From Raillietiella orientalis (taxonomy: Eukaryota), in the NCBI GenBank assembly GCA_036172245.1, contig JAYWIR010000105.1, positions 1 through 64,000 on the forward strand: a stretch of DNA of 64,000 bases, in the 5' to 3' direction. The notes under the pieces were generated by a model. The model made no database searches, was not told the origin of the DNA, and saw nothing but the letters and a program-made list of their open reading frames with translations. The stretch's first letter is position 1. Every line of letters begins with the position of its first letter. Made by a program: the position numbers and the translations under genes. Positions 36,101 through 49,800 of the stretch are shown piece after piece.

Positions 36101-36718
36101 CTCCTTGGCACCTGGAAGACAAGTGAGTTGGCGGACTCCGCCACTCCTCGTGTTACTGCAAAGGGACTGCTCCGGTGGGCAGAAGAACTTGCTGTCACCC
36201 CCGAAGAACTTGTAGTCCAACCACAGTGTATGGACAGTTCGCTGCTCCCCCCTGCTTGGAAACAAGCCGTGCTGCTTTTCGTTCACTAGGGTTTTCAGTG
36301 CAACGAGCGTTGGCATCGTGACTCCGGGGGACTTGCGTCTGCGAACTGCGTTCGGTGCGGATCGACGGAGTCGATTCCGCACCTACTTCTGGACTGCGGT
36401 GTCCTACAAGGACTGTGGCGTAGGCTGGCAACAGCACTATTGCATCCCGTGGACACCGCAAGAGACTTGCTGCGACGATTCTTCACGCCGAGCGGGCTTT
36501 CACTAAGCGCAAGGATTGCAACCATCGGTTGCATACGCGCGATAGTTTCCGTCCGCCAGGCATTGGTAATCAACGGACAGCACCAAGAGGTAATCAGAAA
36601 AGCATCCTTCTACATGGGAGCATCCGCTAGATGGCCTCATTTGACAGAGGAGACAAAGAGGAATCTCGCCGCAATACACCGCCGGTTTACACACCCTCAT
36701 CAGGGGCCAACCCGGTGA
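33125..36718 (+). pseudogene. B3 ORF2 with several nonsense codons
   Basis: Stops near 34787, 35222, 36065 and 36287 in an otherwise colinear B ORF2. Confidence 0.92.
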
Positions 36719-37043
36719 TCATTGCCCTACCCTCCATAAACTAAATTTGTATTTTCTTTTTACACCCGCGTCCCCATAGGCTCCGGAACATTTTAGGTGC
36801 TCATCGTATAAATCCCCGTGAGTACGGAGCCTAACCAAAAACCCGTTACCGTTGTCTCCAGTTTTTGATTTTTGTTTGTTTCCCCTCATTCCCCCCACGC
36901 TGCGAGCGGTTTGTTTACCAGGCCTGCGTGCCGGTAATTTTTCTATGTTCTCTGTCGTTCTCTTGGTTGGGGACATTGTCCCTGACCAGTTTATTATTAT
37001 TATTAATAAACGCCCCGGCGTGACCGGGTGATAAATTTCAATC

Positions 37044-38333
37044 GAATGCGGACGTGTTTTTCTTCGCTCTCGTCTCCGTGGTTTCATCCGCTTTATCTTG
37101 GCGTCGTACATTTTGACGACGATGTCGACCCAACTTGAAGCTACTGAAGTTGGAGGAACAGCATCCGGATCTGCAATCGCGGAACCGACGGCCGCCTCCA
37201 CTCCGTCCTTCTCGCCAATTGAGAGGAGTTTTGCTGACGTTGCTGCCACAGCAGCCGTCAAAGGGAAGCCACTCGACGAGTCGCAGTTGCGGTCATACGT
37301 AGCCGAAGGCTATAGACCTGCTCTCCGATATAAGGTGAGTGGTTTTCTTTCTGCGCGCGACGGGAATCAGTTCAACGATGAACTGACCCGTGTTGGCGTG
37401 CGGGAGGAGGACCTTCTCGCTATTATGCCCGTGAAAGACATGACCTATTTCAAGGTGCGTTGCAAAGACGCTGCACCTGTGCAACGCTTGCTGCGCACCC
37501 CGTTGTCGATCCGTGGCCAGAAGGTCTTCCCGGCCGCCATGGACGACTCATTTGTGGCGGACATTTTCGACATCGAGTCGGAAATCTCCGATATTGATAT
37601 TCGGAACGCGTTGGCGAAATTCGCCACGGTCCATGCGCTGTGGAGGGTGCGTAGCAACCTCAAGGACTTCCCGTCAATACACAGCGGAGTCGCTGGAGTC
37701 CGGCTTACAATGCCGGAACGCCGTCTACTGCCCACCAAACTACAGGTGAAAGACACGGTCGTTTACCTGTGGTTCGTGGGCAAAGTAAGAACGTGCGAGC
37801 ATTGCGGGAAGGAGGGGCATTGTTTGGATAAATGCCCCTCTGGAAAATGCCGTTATTGCAAACTATCCGGACACCAATTGAAAAATTGCCCGGATCTTTT
37901 GCGAAAAAAGGCAGCCGCGGAGCTCCGTTTTAGAAAACAAAGCGCGGATAAGAAGAAAAAATCTGCGAAAAACCTTGAGACACTTCGGCAGAAATTCCGA
38001 AAAAACGCGAAGCGGAATGCCGCCCCAAAGCAGCTCGAAACCTCGCACGCGAAGCCCTGCGCGCCCCCTCTCGCGGCAGGGGAGCCGCAGAAGAAAGGGT
38101 GCGGGGAATATGGTGCAATGCTAAGTCCCCCTAGGCGCAATAGCTGTCCTTCCCAAGCACGCCCGGCTCTCTCGGAGTTCGAGCAACCGGCGGGGACGTC
38201 AATGGACAACGGCGGTAAGGACACTTCCAGTAACGTCAGATCCATTCCTTCACCTCCTGCAGTGGCTGAGAAGCCCAAATCGGGTAAGAAGGGTTGTGCC
38301 GTGTCGACTTCGAAAGTCGGCCAAAAAAAATCC
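37044..38333 (+). mobile_element. LINE copy B4, 3'-truncated within ORF1
   Basis: B 5' end and ORF1 from ATG 37122; similarity to B stops at AAAAAAAATCC (38333). Confidence 0.9.
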
Positions 38334-38955
38334 CGGACGTCAGCGGGAGGAGATTCCCGGCATTACTGCCGGGAAGATGACGGTGTGTGGGAACCCGCCT
38401 TTTCCGAGGCGGGTGAGATGACCATTAGAGTTTCGGCCTCCTCAGGCACCTTGAGTACCTTTCCGTTTTCAACCTCCTCCATCTCTACCGTGTCTGTGCG
38501 TTGTGGTCTCTCGGGTGACGATTCCCGGGATTCTCCCACGTTCATGGCACCATTGCAGTCTGAAGTCATCTCCACGCCTTCGGCCTGGAGAGGGGCTTTC
38601 CGGGGTTTGCTGGACTACCTTCCAGCCTTCCGACGGGGTGGCGTGGAGATGGAAACTTGGTTTCCGGCCTGCGCTGCGGGGTCGGAAGTTACCGACTCGT
38701 CGGTGGAGGCCGGACGCCTCACTGCCTTTTTGCCAGCCTTGGAGGTTTACACCCGGGTACGCCCGGGGCGTTTATTGGTAAAACTCTACATCCGCGGTAC
38801 AAGGCATCGCTCACGGCCATATACACTGGACCTGGCAGGAAGCCAGGACGCAGCCCAGCGTAGCGGTGCGCAGCAGCGAAGGATGATGGGGAAAAAACAA
38901 AATGAAAAATAAAAAAAATAAACAGACAAAAAGAAGTTTGAGGGCAGGGAAGGGA

Positions 38956-41764
38956 TCAGTAAACGCTGTGAGGAGGGCCCATCCGTTGCAGGAAGCCCTC
39001 GAGGTCCGTCCGTATATTCCCCAGTTGGGGCCATCCGGCAGCTCTCCGCATGAAGCGTTGGGCGTATGGGATGACATCCCTCGCGTGTGGACCCACTGCT
39101 TCCTTATTGGCGTTGCTCCATGCCGCCACGATGCCACGGACACAGCACAAGGCTGCGATGGCTGCGGCTGGTTGCAGTGCGTCCTTCACGAAGAGGGGCC
39201 GAAGAACGTCTCTGGGGGTGCTACCTGCAGGGAGCCCAAGGGTCGTCCCGAACCGTTCCCAAAGGCGTCGGAGGGCAGCACAATCCACAATAAGGTGATG
39301 AAGCGACTCACGCTCCCCGCATCTGGCACACGCAGGATCCACAGCTCCCCTCGTCCAGTGGAAGCGGCGTGCGTTGTAGGGTAAACCCCAGTGCAGCAGT
39401 AGCAACGCCGACTCTTGCCACTTAATGGGCAGGATCCTGGATTCCTTTAGTACCGGGGACCACTTCAGCACATCCGTAGGGATGGCGAGCAGCTCGCCTC
39501 ATCTCATTAATCCACGCAAATGGACGCTCGTGGTCGTGGCGTCCGCCAGTTCTCCTGTGCTCCAGCCGCTTAACATCTTCTGCCTGCCTGCGATCTGGCA
39601 GGTGACTTCCCACCTCGGCTTCTGGCGATCCTGAAGCGCCTTCAGGAGATAGAGCATCGCCGTAGCAAGGAAGTCGTGAACGCCCACCTGCGACTCCGGG
39701 GAAATTCCAGTATTTCCCGCAGGTAGCGGTTGGCCTGTGGGCCGATTCGCAGGCAGTTCATGTGGTTTTCACTCCTCCGGTTCTGCTCTGCCCATGTTCC
39801 AGCAGTCTCCTCCAATCAGGCGGAGGAGCTGGCGGGGCCGCAAACCATCCAGCCGTTCGTCTTCGCCAGGGTTGCTATGCGTCCGAGCATAAAACCGCAT
39901 CTTCGGATCTTCCGCCCAGGGCACAGAAGAAACGACGCGAGTCCTTCGCATCGGGACACACGCTTGGCGAGGAGGCGGGACGTCACGCACCAAGGGGTGC
40001 TCCACATCTTCGCTGCGATGGCGAAAGTTCGCCACCGCAGCTGTATTTCCACGCGCTCCAGCGTCAGGAGGCCAAGAACGTCGTCCCGACGCGGGGCGCA
40101 AAAGTCCCTCAGAGGGACTAGTTGCCTCTTTCGCCCAAAAGGTCGACACGTAAGAGGTCCTTCGTCCTGTTTTTGCATTCTCTGGGGGCGGGACAAACAA
40201 AAAGCAAGAAGCGGAGGATGAGGGACGCAAAAGTGTTCCAAACCGCGTCCCGTTCCGGCAAGTGAAACTTCCCTTCCAGGAACGGGCCGATCGCCGTCTC
40301 AACTTTTTGAAGACAGCTGGACCACGCTTCCGCAGGGGAGTAGTCACTCAACGGCACACCAAGGTACTTGAGGCACCTCGCCGTGGGGATCCCCAGACGG
40401 ACCCAGTCCTGCTGCCCTGCCCACGCCGCACCTACGGGCACCACCGACGTCTTCGCCCATTTGACCTGCAGTCCGGTCCCACGGCTGAGCAGATCGAAGA
40501 AGTCTCCGACCGCCTTCGCCGGGGTGGACATAGGTAACAGGAGCAGAAGGTCGTCGGCATAGGCTGCGTCGGCGGGCGTGCCGGGACACGAGCTCGGCAA
40601 GGAGGCCAAAGTCACCCTGTACGCTCTTAGCACCAACTCAAAGTAGGTGTTGAAGAGCAGGGGGCTGAGGCTATCTCCCTGCCTGATGCTTCGCCGCTTC
40701 GGCACGCCATACACCTTCTGGCTACTGAAACAGACGGAGATAAACGCATTCCGCCAGCAAGAGCGCAGGTAGGTAATCAAGGAGGGTGGGAAGCCCATGC
40801 GGCCCAGGAGCTCCAACAAAAGCGCCTCGTCAACACAGTCGAACGCCTTATGGAGTTCGACTGCGAGCGCTAAGGCCCCCTTCCCCGCTTGGGAGTGCAT
40901 TCCCTGCCCTGCTGGCGGCCCCAAAGTGGGGTTCCCGATTCTTAATTTCCCTTCCTTTTGACACCTCTGCGCGTGCATCCATGTGCTCCCGAAGAAGAGG
41001 TTGGCGCCCATACTTCGCCCGGGAACAGCATATGTCTGCTTCCGGCTAATTATGGATTCTACCACCTGCCCCAGACGCGAAGCCCATAGCCCTGCTATCA
41101 ACTTGGCGTCCATATTCACGATCGTGATCAAACGCCAGTTCTTTAAATCCCCGAGGTCTTCCCCTTTCGGAAGGAGCCTCACTCTGGCTAACCGAAATGA
41201 GGCGGGAACATCGCCTTCGTTTCGGATCAGCCTTATCAACTTAAGCAGCAGGGGTGCCAGCTCTTCCACGAAGCTTTGAAAAAACTCCGCGGGCAAGTTG
41301 TCTTCCCCTGGAGCTTTACACCTCTTGAGCCTTTGGATACCGGCGAGAATTTCGCCGGTGGTAAAAGGCTTGTCGAGGCTTTCCATCTCCTCCTCCCCTA
41401 TTGCCGGGGCGCCATCCGGAAGCAAGCGCGGAGAGGCGTTTTGATCCGGGGGCGCCCTAGCGTGAAGGGAGGAATAATAACTCCGCACGAGATGCCGTAC
41501 CGACGCCGGGGACGAACATTCCCGGCCCTGGTCGTCCAGCAAGCTGGCCGACACAGATTGCCAGGCTTGGCGTTCGGCCCCGGCGCGGATCTCGGCCAGG
41601 CGACGGACATTAGGGGTTCGCTCGTACCTAAGAGCCTGTAAATAGGCCCGATGGTTGCGAGCACCCTCGCCGAATCCGGAGGGCAGGCGGTTCAGGGGAA
41701 ACCGCTCGTACAACTTCCGGACCAATTCCTTAAAAAGGTCCCAGTCCTGGAGATTCCTGAACGT
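38956..41764 (-). pseudogene. A4 ORF2 3' part: linker, RT and CCHC
   Basis: 535-aa ORF 40118-41725 with ELHKAFD, IRQGD, AYADD; CARCGERESLHHLIVDC. Confidence 0.9.
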
Positions 41765-41891
41765 CGAGCGGACGTGTCTTTTCGTTGCTCCTTAGTTCCA
41801 TTTCCGTTGGTGCTTGTGCGTGGTGTGGGTGGAGGATTAGGCAGCAATGCCTGATACCACCACCGGTGAGGATCCGGGGGCGATGTCCTAA

Positions 41892-43489
41892 TTGCCCCCG
41901 GAGGGGATGGAGGTGGGGGCTCCCGCATCAGTGGAGGATTTCGCCAGCATGGATGCGCCCATGGCCCTACCCAGGGCTTGGAACGCCGTGGCTGCGGCAC
42001 CTACGCCAGCGGCTATGGCGGAAATGCGCGTTCACCTGGTGGAGGGGTATAACCCACCCCTTCTATATAAGGTAGGCGGTTTATATTCTCCCGAGAAAGC
42101 GCGCGCCTTTTCGCAGGCGATGCGCGTTCTCGGTGTACAAAAAGAGGAGCTTCTGGCTATGTCCTTCAGAAGCGGGGGTCAATTTGTGGAAATTATCTGC
42201 AAGCAGGCAACTCTTGCGCAGAGACTTCTGCGAACCCCCGTAATTATGGGCAGCCGGAGGCTTCTCCCCATTACTAAACACCGGTCGGTGATCATTCACG
42301 TGACCGGTATCACGTTCCGGATGACGAAGGAGGCCGTCCGGAACAAATTGGAAAAATTCGCAACTGTCCACGCGCTGTGGGGCAAGCCTACTCCTTTTGT
42401 CGATTACGACGGGTTGCTTGGCGGCCTGGGTGCAGCGCGAGTGACGGTTCGCGAGGGATGTGAGATTCCCCACAAACTCACCGTCAACGGTGAATCCGTT
42501 GACGTGTGGTACGTAAGGAAACCCAAGTTTTGCGGCTGCTGCAGCAGCTTTGGTCACCTTAAAATGAGGTGTCCGAGCGTGCAGTTCCAGCAATGCAAAC
42601 AAGCAGGGCACACCCGTCTGGTGTGCCCCCAAAACACAGTCCGCGTCGTGTCCGCGAAAAACGCGAGAAAGCGCTCGGAAAAAAGAAAAAGAAGCTGGCA
42701 GCTCGTGCTGCTGCTAAGGAGGTCACCTCTGCCACCAAGGCGAAGGCCAGCCCCGAGACTTCGGCGAAAAACGCCGAAAAGGTCGAGGGCGAGGGTCAAG
42801 AGCCAGGGTGACAGAAGGTGGACCCCAAGAAAAACTCCCATAAGAAGGGAAAGAACGTGGCGAAACGGAGCGAAACCGCTCTGCGCCGCGAAAAAATTAA
42901 AAGCTGCTGCGTCGTTGTAGAGCAGATTCCCGCCATCGACGAATGCGGCGCTAAAGAACTCGCTGCTGCCCCTGCTCAACCCTCCGTTGACAAAGTCAAC
43001 AAGGAGGGGAGCGAGGCGGCGGCGTCCGTCATCGAGCCCACGCTCGATGACGTCACCTTGGAGCGCGCCGCGGAGAAGCTGGCTGCCACGTTGCAGCCGG
43101 TTGCCCCCAAGGCTGGCAAGAAGGCCGTCAGGCGTCCGTCTTCCCCTCAGGAGTCGGCCAGATCCCAACCCGAGGTGAAGGCCGGAAACACAGCATCCAT
43201 CTCCGCGGCACCCCGCAAAAAGGCAGGACGAAAGTCCACAATGCCTCGGAAGATCGTCTCCCCCGACGAAGGGGAATAGATGGCTTCCGGTAGCGAGGGT
43301 GCCATGAGCGTGGGAAACTCCCGGGACCCGTCGCCCGAGAGAATTCCACGCTCGGACACGGAGGGGATGGTGAGGATGGAGGCCGAACAGGTACCCCAGG
43401 CGCCTGAGGAGGCCTCCGTCGTCGTACCGATGGACCTTTCTTACACCTGCCCCGCGGCAGGAGTCGCGACGCCACTTTCCCAGCCATAA
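41892..43489 (+). pseudogene. C2 ORF1, frameshift and stops
   Basis: Colinear with the intact C1 ORF1; broken near 42680, 42810 and 43278. Confidence 0.88.
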
Positions 43490-46400
43490 TGCCGGGAATC
43501 GCCTCTCGCCGTCGTCTTCTGATCGACTGTTGGAAAGTGAACGGGCTAAGCGACGACGGCAAGAGGCGTGACGTGGTCGCCACCCTGGAATCCTTCGACC
43601 TGGTGCTGCTGCAGGAGATCCACGTGATCTCCGCAGATCAAGCCCTGGAGATCGAACGGATCTCGTTTAGGCAGCTGTTGTGGCGTTGCGGCACCGCGAA
43701 ATCAAGCGGTGTCGCCTTCCTGCTTCGGCCAGCCATCGAGACCGCAATAAGGGACGTTCGGTTCGATGACGCAGGTCGCGTCGGTCAGCTGACTCTGAGC
43801 TGGTCCGACTCTATCGACCTGGTCGTCACCAACCTATACGCTCCTAGCGGAAACAACGCGTTGAGGGCGAAGGCGAGAAGGGAATTCTACCTTGCCCTGA
43901 GACGCGAATGGCTGACCGATGCTGGAGTTCGCAAAGCGCACCTGATCGCAGGTGATTTCAACTTGCGCCTACTTTCAGGTGCGCCGGATACACTGAACGA
44001 CCTCATCAACGAGTTGTGCGCAGAAATGAACACGCGCAACTTGTTGGCCGGGGACAGGGCCATGGAAAGCAGCATAGATCACGTGTACCTTGATCAGCAC
44101 CTATGCTCTTGGGTGGGCAGGCGCGGCAAGGAACCATCCGAGCTGTCGGACCATGGTCGGATTATGTTCGAAGTGCGTCCGCGCGACAAGGGCCCCCTCG
44201 TGAGCGTGGCGTCTGCCAGGGGACTGGCTGAAGTTTCCCGACGCGACGGAGCATCTCCGCGCGTTTATTCGGAGCGTCAGGATGCAGACACTTCAGGACT
44301 GGGACCTCTTCAAGCGGTCGGTCTAGGAGTTCTGCGACCAGTTCCCTCTGCATCGCCTACCTGCGGGATTTGGGGAGGGGCCGCGTAACGAAAGGCGCTA
44401 TCTTCAGGCCCGACGTTACGCGAGAACCCCCGACATGCGCTGGTTAGCAGAGTATCAAGCGAGATTCGAGAGGCAAGCCTGGAAATCCGGGTCGGCCAGC
44501 TTGCTGGACGACCAGGGCCGGGTGCACTCGGTTCCCGCTCAGAAACATTAGATAGTGAGGAAATTTTACCCCTCCCTGTACGCCAGGGCGCCTCCGGAGC
44601 AGGCTGTCTGACGACTCCTGCTTCCGGAAGGTGCTCCAGCGATCGTGTAGGAGAAAAAAGGAACCTCGACGAGCCTTTCACGATGGGCGAGATCATCTCG
44701 GCCATCGGAAAGCTCAAGAGGCGAAAGGCTCCAGGGGAGGACGGCCTGCCTGCGGAGTTTGATCAAACTTTCGCGGCAGAGCTTACTCCCCTGGTACATC
44801 AGCTCACCTTGCTGATCTGCGAAACAGGTGACGTTCCCACCTCGTTTCGTTCAGCAAAGGTGCGGCTCCTCCCTAAGGGAGGAGACTTTAGGAGCATGAA
44901 CAACTGGCCTCCCATGACTATAGTGGATGCGGACGCCAAGTTGATAGCCAAGATGTGGGCAGAGCGCCTGGGACGGGTCGCCAACATCTTCATCAGCTCG
45001 GAACAGACTTATGCTGTTCCCGGGCGAAGTATGGAGGCGAACCTGTTCCACGCTTCCACATGGTTAGAGCTCCAACAAGGAAGGGGCTTATTGAGCAGCC
45101 GGAATTCCGGTGCGTCGGTTGGCGGGAGACGGGACGGTCGGGTGGGGAAGGGAGCCCTTGCGGTCGCTGTCGACTTGCGTAAAGCATTCGACAGCGTCGA
45201 CCAGAATCTCCTGCTGGAGCTTCTGGAACGCTTGGGCTTCCCGGCCTCTTTGTTGGCCTACCTGCGCTCCAGCTGGCGCGACGCGCTTATTAATGTTTTT
45301 TTTAGTGGATCCACCGTGTACGGCGTACCGGTACAAGGCCGCATACGGCAGGGAGACAGCCTGAGCCCCCTGCTCTTGAGCGCCTTTTTCGAATTGGTGC
45401 TGAGAGCGTTCAGGAAGACTCTTGCGCACCTGCCGTGCGATTGCCCCGGTACGCCTGCGGTTTCGGCGTACGCGGACGATCTTCTGCTGCTGCTGCCTAT
45501 GTCCACTCCGGCCTCGGCGGTCGAGGACTTCTTCGACCTGCTGAGTCGTGGAACAGGACTGACGGTGAACAGGGCGAAGTCGTCCGTAATGCCCGTCGGA
45601 GCGGCGTGGGCAGGGCAGCAGGACTGGGTCCGTTTGGGGATCCCCACGGTGAGGTACTTCAAGTACCTTGGTGTGCCGTTGGGGGAGTACTCCCCTGCGG
45701 AAGCGTGGTCCGGCTGCCTTCAGAAGGCTCAGGTTGCGATCGGCCCGTTCCAGGACGGCAGGTTCTACATGCAGGAACGGGCCGCGGCGTGGAACGCGTT
45801 TGCGGCCCCCCTCCTTCGCCCCTTGCTTTTTGTTTGCCCCCCCTCAGCGGAGTCAAAGAAGAGGACGAAGGACCTCCTGAGGATCGCCCTTTAGGGCAGA
45901 GGGAGGCCCCGAGTCCGTCTTTCGGACTTGTGCGCTCCTCGTCGGGATGGTGGTCTGGGCCTCCTGACGTTGGAGCGGCTGGAGCTACAGCTCCAGTTCC
46001 GAGTTGTTGCCTTTATGGCAGAAAATTGGTGCACCCCTTGGTGCCTCCCTGCACGTCTCCTCGTCGAGCGGGCCACCGGCAATGCGGGACTCTCGTCCTA
46101 CTTCGCACTCCGAAGCCCCATCTGCCACTGCGGACTTCAACTTCGGAGGGCGGCCAAGCTCGTGAAGAACAACTCGGCGCGGATCCTCGTACGCCCCGCG
46201 AACGGTCCTGCCTGGCTGCAGGAAACCGTCCGCACGTGGGCGATGATTCAGGAGCAGAGCCCGCAACACGAGCGAATAGCTCTGTTCGGGCCGCATGCCC
46301 GCCGCACGCTCCGAGAAATCATCGAGAATCCCCGAAGAAGAGCGTGGGCACAAAGAACCTCCCTTGCTGCGGTACTGCCTACCCTACGGGAACATCTGGG

Positions 46401-46631
46401 CAGCGACGTCGCTGCACAATGGGAGGTAACTGTGAAGATCGCCAGCAGGGCAAAGAAGATCGGGGATTGGAGAACGGGTCAGCTCACCAAAGCTGCGACC
46501 CCGAGGACCACCCCAAATGGACTGTTGCGCTGGGGAGCGCTACTGGATGTTCCAGAGGAACATCTCGAGTGGCCCCTGGTGCTCATGGACTCGCGCACCC
46601 TCCCCATGAAGTGGCAACTGTCGGTACTGCT
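43489..46631 (+). pseudogene. C2 ORF2 APE-RT, disrupted; C-terminus continues at 52132-52567 after D
   Basis: LQE, GDFN, SDH, DLRKAFD, AYADD; CVRCGEREYLPHLLVNC lies at ~52203-52253. Confidence 0.9.
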
Positions 46632-46855
46632 TTTACACCCGGGTGCGCCGGGGCGTTTATTTCTTTAATAAAAAATAAACAAGCAAGTGTAGGGCTAACG
46701 CCTCTACAGTGTTCAGAACATGTTCTTCTGAACTCACCGAGTGGGCAGCACGCAGCATCTTAAGGTCGACTCGGCAGCGGAGGGGGAAGGGACAAATAGA
46801 AAAAAGCAAAAAGAAAACACTATTTACAAAGGCAGGGAGGGGTTGGGGAAGGGAT

Positions 46856-49800
46856 CACGTTCCGCTGGAGACGTCCTCTACATCCTTTGCAGGATGCCGG
46901 CAAGTTCAAACTGCATGTGTCCCAGATGGGTCCATCTGGCTGCCGTCCTCAGGAAGCGCAGGGCGTAGCAAAAGATGTCCCTATCGTTCGGTCCACCAGT
47001 GGCGGTGTTCCAAGCCGCTACAATCCCTCGTAGGCAGCAGAGGGCTGCAAGGGCTGCGGCAGGCGAAATGGCGTCGCTCACGAAGAGGCGCTTTAAAACG
47101 TCTCTGGGAGCGTGCAAGGGTGCACCAACGGCTGTTGCAAAGCGCAACCACAAGGGCCGGAGGGCAACACAGTCAACGAGCAGGTGCGGGAGAGTTTCTC
47201 GTTCGCCGCACCTGACACCGTTTGGGTCCACAACCCCGCTCGTCCAATGAGAGCGGCGGGCGTTGCTGGTGAGTCCCCAGTGCAACACCAGGAACGTCGA
47301 CTCCTGCCACTTTAGGGGGAGGGCCCGAGTATTCCTCAGCACTGGGGGCCACTCGAGTTCATCCCGCGGGATGCACAGCAGCTCGCCCCAGCTCAACAGT
47401 CCTCTCGGTGGGGAACTTGGGATCGCGGCATCAGCAAGCTGACCCGTGGTCCAACCACCTTGTTCTTTCTCAGTGTCCCTGATCGTACACCGGACCTCCC
47501 ACATGGCCGGCTGGCTACTGCCCAGATGTTCCTTGAGGTGGGACAGAGCTGTGGCAAGGGAGGTCCTCTCAGCCCACGCACTCAAGGCGGGCTGCACGAT
47601 GATGTCCTGCAGCGAGCGGCTCTTATGATAGGAGTGCAGCATTCGCTGCCGCAACTCCGGGCTCGCTTCCTCGATCTGGGCCCACGTTCGAAGGCTTTCC
47701 TGCAACCAGGTAGTGCCGTTCGCGGGCCGGCAGGAGATCCAGGTGTTCTTCCTGGTCAGCTCCGCCACTCGCCGAAGAGCCAGTCCTTAGTGGAACAGGT
47801 ACCGGCGTTTGCGGCGCGCTAGGAAGGTAGACAGTCCCGCGCAGCCGCCGACTCGCTGAACCAGGCATCGTGCAGGCTCGCACCAGCTGGCGCTCCACAA
47901 CTTCGCCACTGGGGCGATTGTTCGGAACTGCAGCTGCAGTTCGAGGCGCTCCAGCGTGAGGAGGCCAAGGCCCCCATCGCGACGAGGTGCGCACAAGTCT
48001 TTCCAACGCGCGAGGGGCCTTCCTCTGCCCCAGATGGCGATTCTGAGGAGGTCCTTTGTACGTATTCTCACACCACGGGGTGGGGGACAAACAAAAAGCG
48101 AGGAGCGAAACAGGGGGGCCACGAAAGTGTTGCACAGCACGGCCCGTTCCGGCAAGAAGAACTTGCCATCCAGGAACGGGCCGATCGCTTTCTCGGCCTT
48201 TTGGAGGCAGCAAGACCATTGTTCCGCTGGGGAGTAGTCCCCCGACGGCACACCGAGGTACTTAAGGTACCGTACCGCGGGGATCCCCAAGCGAGACCAG
48301 TCTAGCTGCCCTGCCCACGAGGAACCGACTGCAACAACGGACGACTTTGCTCTGTTCACCTCCAGTCCTGTCCCGCGACGCAGCAGCTCGAAAAAGTTTT
48401 CGACCGCCGACGCCGGGGTGGACATGGGGAGCAGCAGCAGAAGATCGTCCGCATACGCCCCCGAGGCCGGTGTACCTGGGCACACGCGCGGCAGGCGACC
48501 AAGTGTCTCCCTGAATGCCCTCAGCACCAACTCGAAGTAGGTGCTGAAGAGCAAGGGGCTCAAGCTATCACCCTGCCGTATCCCGCGGCGCACCGGCACA
48601 CCGAACACGTTCCTTCCCCTGAAAGAAATGTTGGTCAGCGCGTCGCGCCAGCAAGAGCGCAGAAAGGCCAATAAGGAGGCCGGGAAGCCCAAGCGCTCCA
48701 GAAGCTCCAGCAGGAGCTCCTGGTCGACACTGTCGAATGCTTTCCGCAAATCGACAGCGACCGCGAGGGCCCCTTCTCTCTCCCGACTATTCCGCGAACC
48801 ACCAGCGGACGTCCCGCAAATCGGGCTGCCGACCTTGTTTTCTCCATTCATTCTGGTTGTTTGAAGTTCGAACCAGGTGTTCGCGAAGAGCAGGTTGGCG
48901 TCCATGCTTCGCCCGGGAACAGCGTAGGTCTGCTCCGGGCTGATGAAGCTTTCCGCCACCCGCCCCATTCGCTCCGACCATAGCTTCGCAAGCAGCTTGG
49001 CGTCCGCGTTCAGTATAGTAATCGGACGCCAATTGCTGAGGTTCCGTAAGTCTCCTCCTTTCGGTAGGAGACGCATACGTGCCGATCGGAAGGAGGCGGG
49101 AACGTCTCCTGTCTCCCGGATCAGCAGCGTTAGCTTCTGCACCAGGGGAGCCAGCTCCGCCGCGAAGCACTGAAAAAACTCCGCGGGCAGGCCGTCTTCC
49201 CCGGTGACTTCCGCCTTTTGAGCTTCTGGATTGCGGTGATGATTTCACCCATCGTGAAAGGCTCGTCCAGGCGTACTCTCTCTTCTTCCCCGATCGCCGG
49301 GGCACCGTCCGGAAGCAAAAATTGGGAAAATTCCCGGTCCGGAGGCACCCTGGTGTACAGGGAAGAATAATAGCCGTGCACTAGGCTACTCACCTCTGCC
49401 GGGGCCGAGTGCTCTTGGCCTTCGTCGTCCAGCAGGCTGGGCGACCCCGATTGCCAGGCCTGCCGCTCGGCCCCGGCTTTAAATTCCGCCAGTCTTCGGA
49501 CGTCTGGTGTTCGGGAGTAACGACGGGCCTGCAGGTAAGCCCTATCGTTCCGAACACCTTCTCCAAATCCTTTCGGGAGACGGTCCATGGGGAACTGTTG
49601 GCAGAACTCTCGCACCGAGACTTTCAAATCGTCCCAGTCGTCGAGCGTCTGCAGGCTGAAACCTCGCAAGAACGCGCGGAGGTGTTCCGCTGCGCCTGGC
49701 GTGGTCAGCCAGTCCCCCGGTAGACGCCACGCCTGCGCGGGGGGCCCCCTGTCGCGCGGGCGAATGACGAGTTCCACACGGGAGTGGTCGGAGACTGCGG

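Larger units (their letters stand above)
31125..37034 (+). mobile_element. Full-length LINE copy B3, tandem with B2
   Basis: Flanked by ATTTCAATC at 31116-31124 and 37035-37043. Confidence 0.95.

Noticed and set aside
36991..37008. (TTA)n run as the LINE tail or a microsatellite target
   Set aside because: It lies inside the B 3' UTR upstream of AATAAA and the hairpin, not at the junction.
37098..38912. 604-aa ORF as a novel fusion protein
   Set aside because: B4 ORF1 reading through the 38333 breakpoint into antisense E and A4 sequence.
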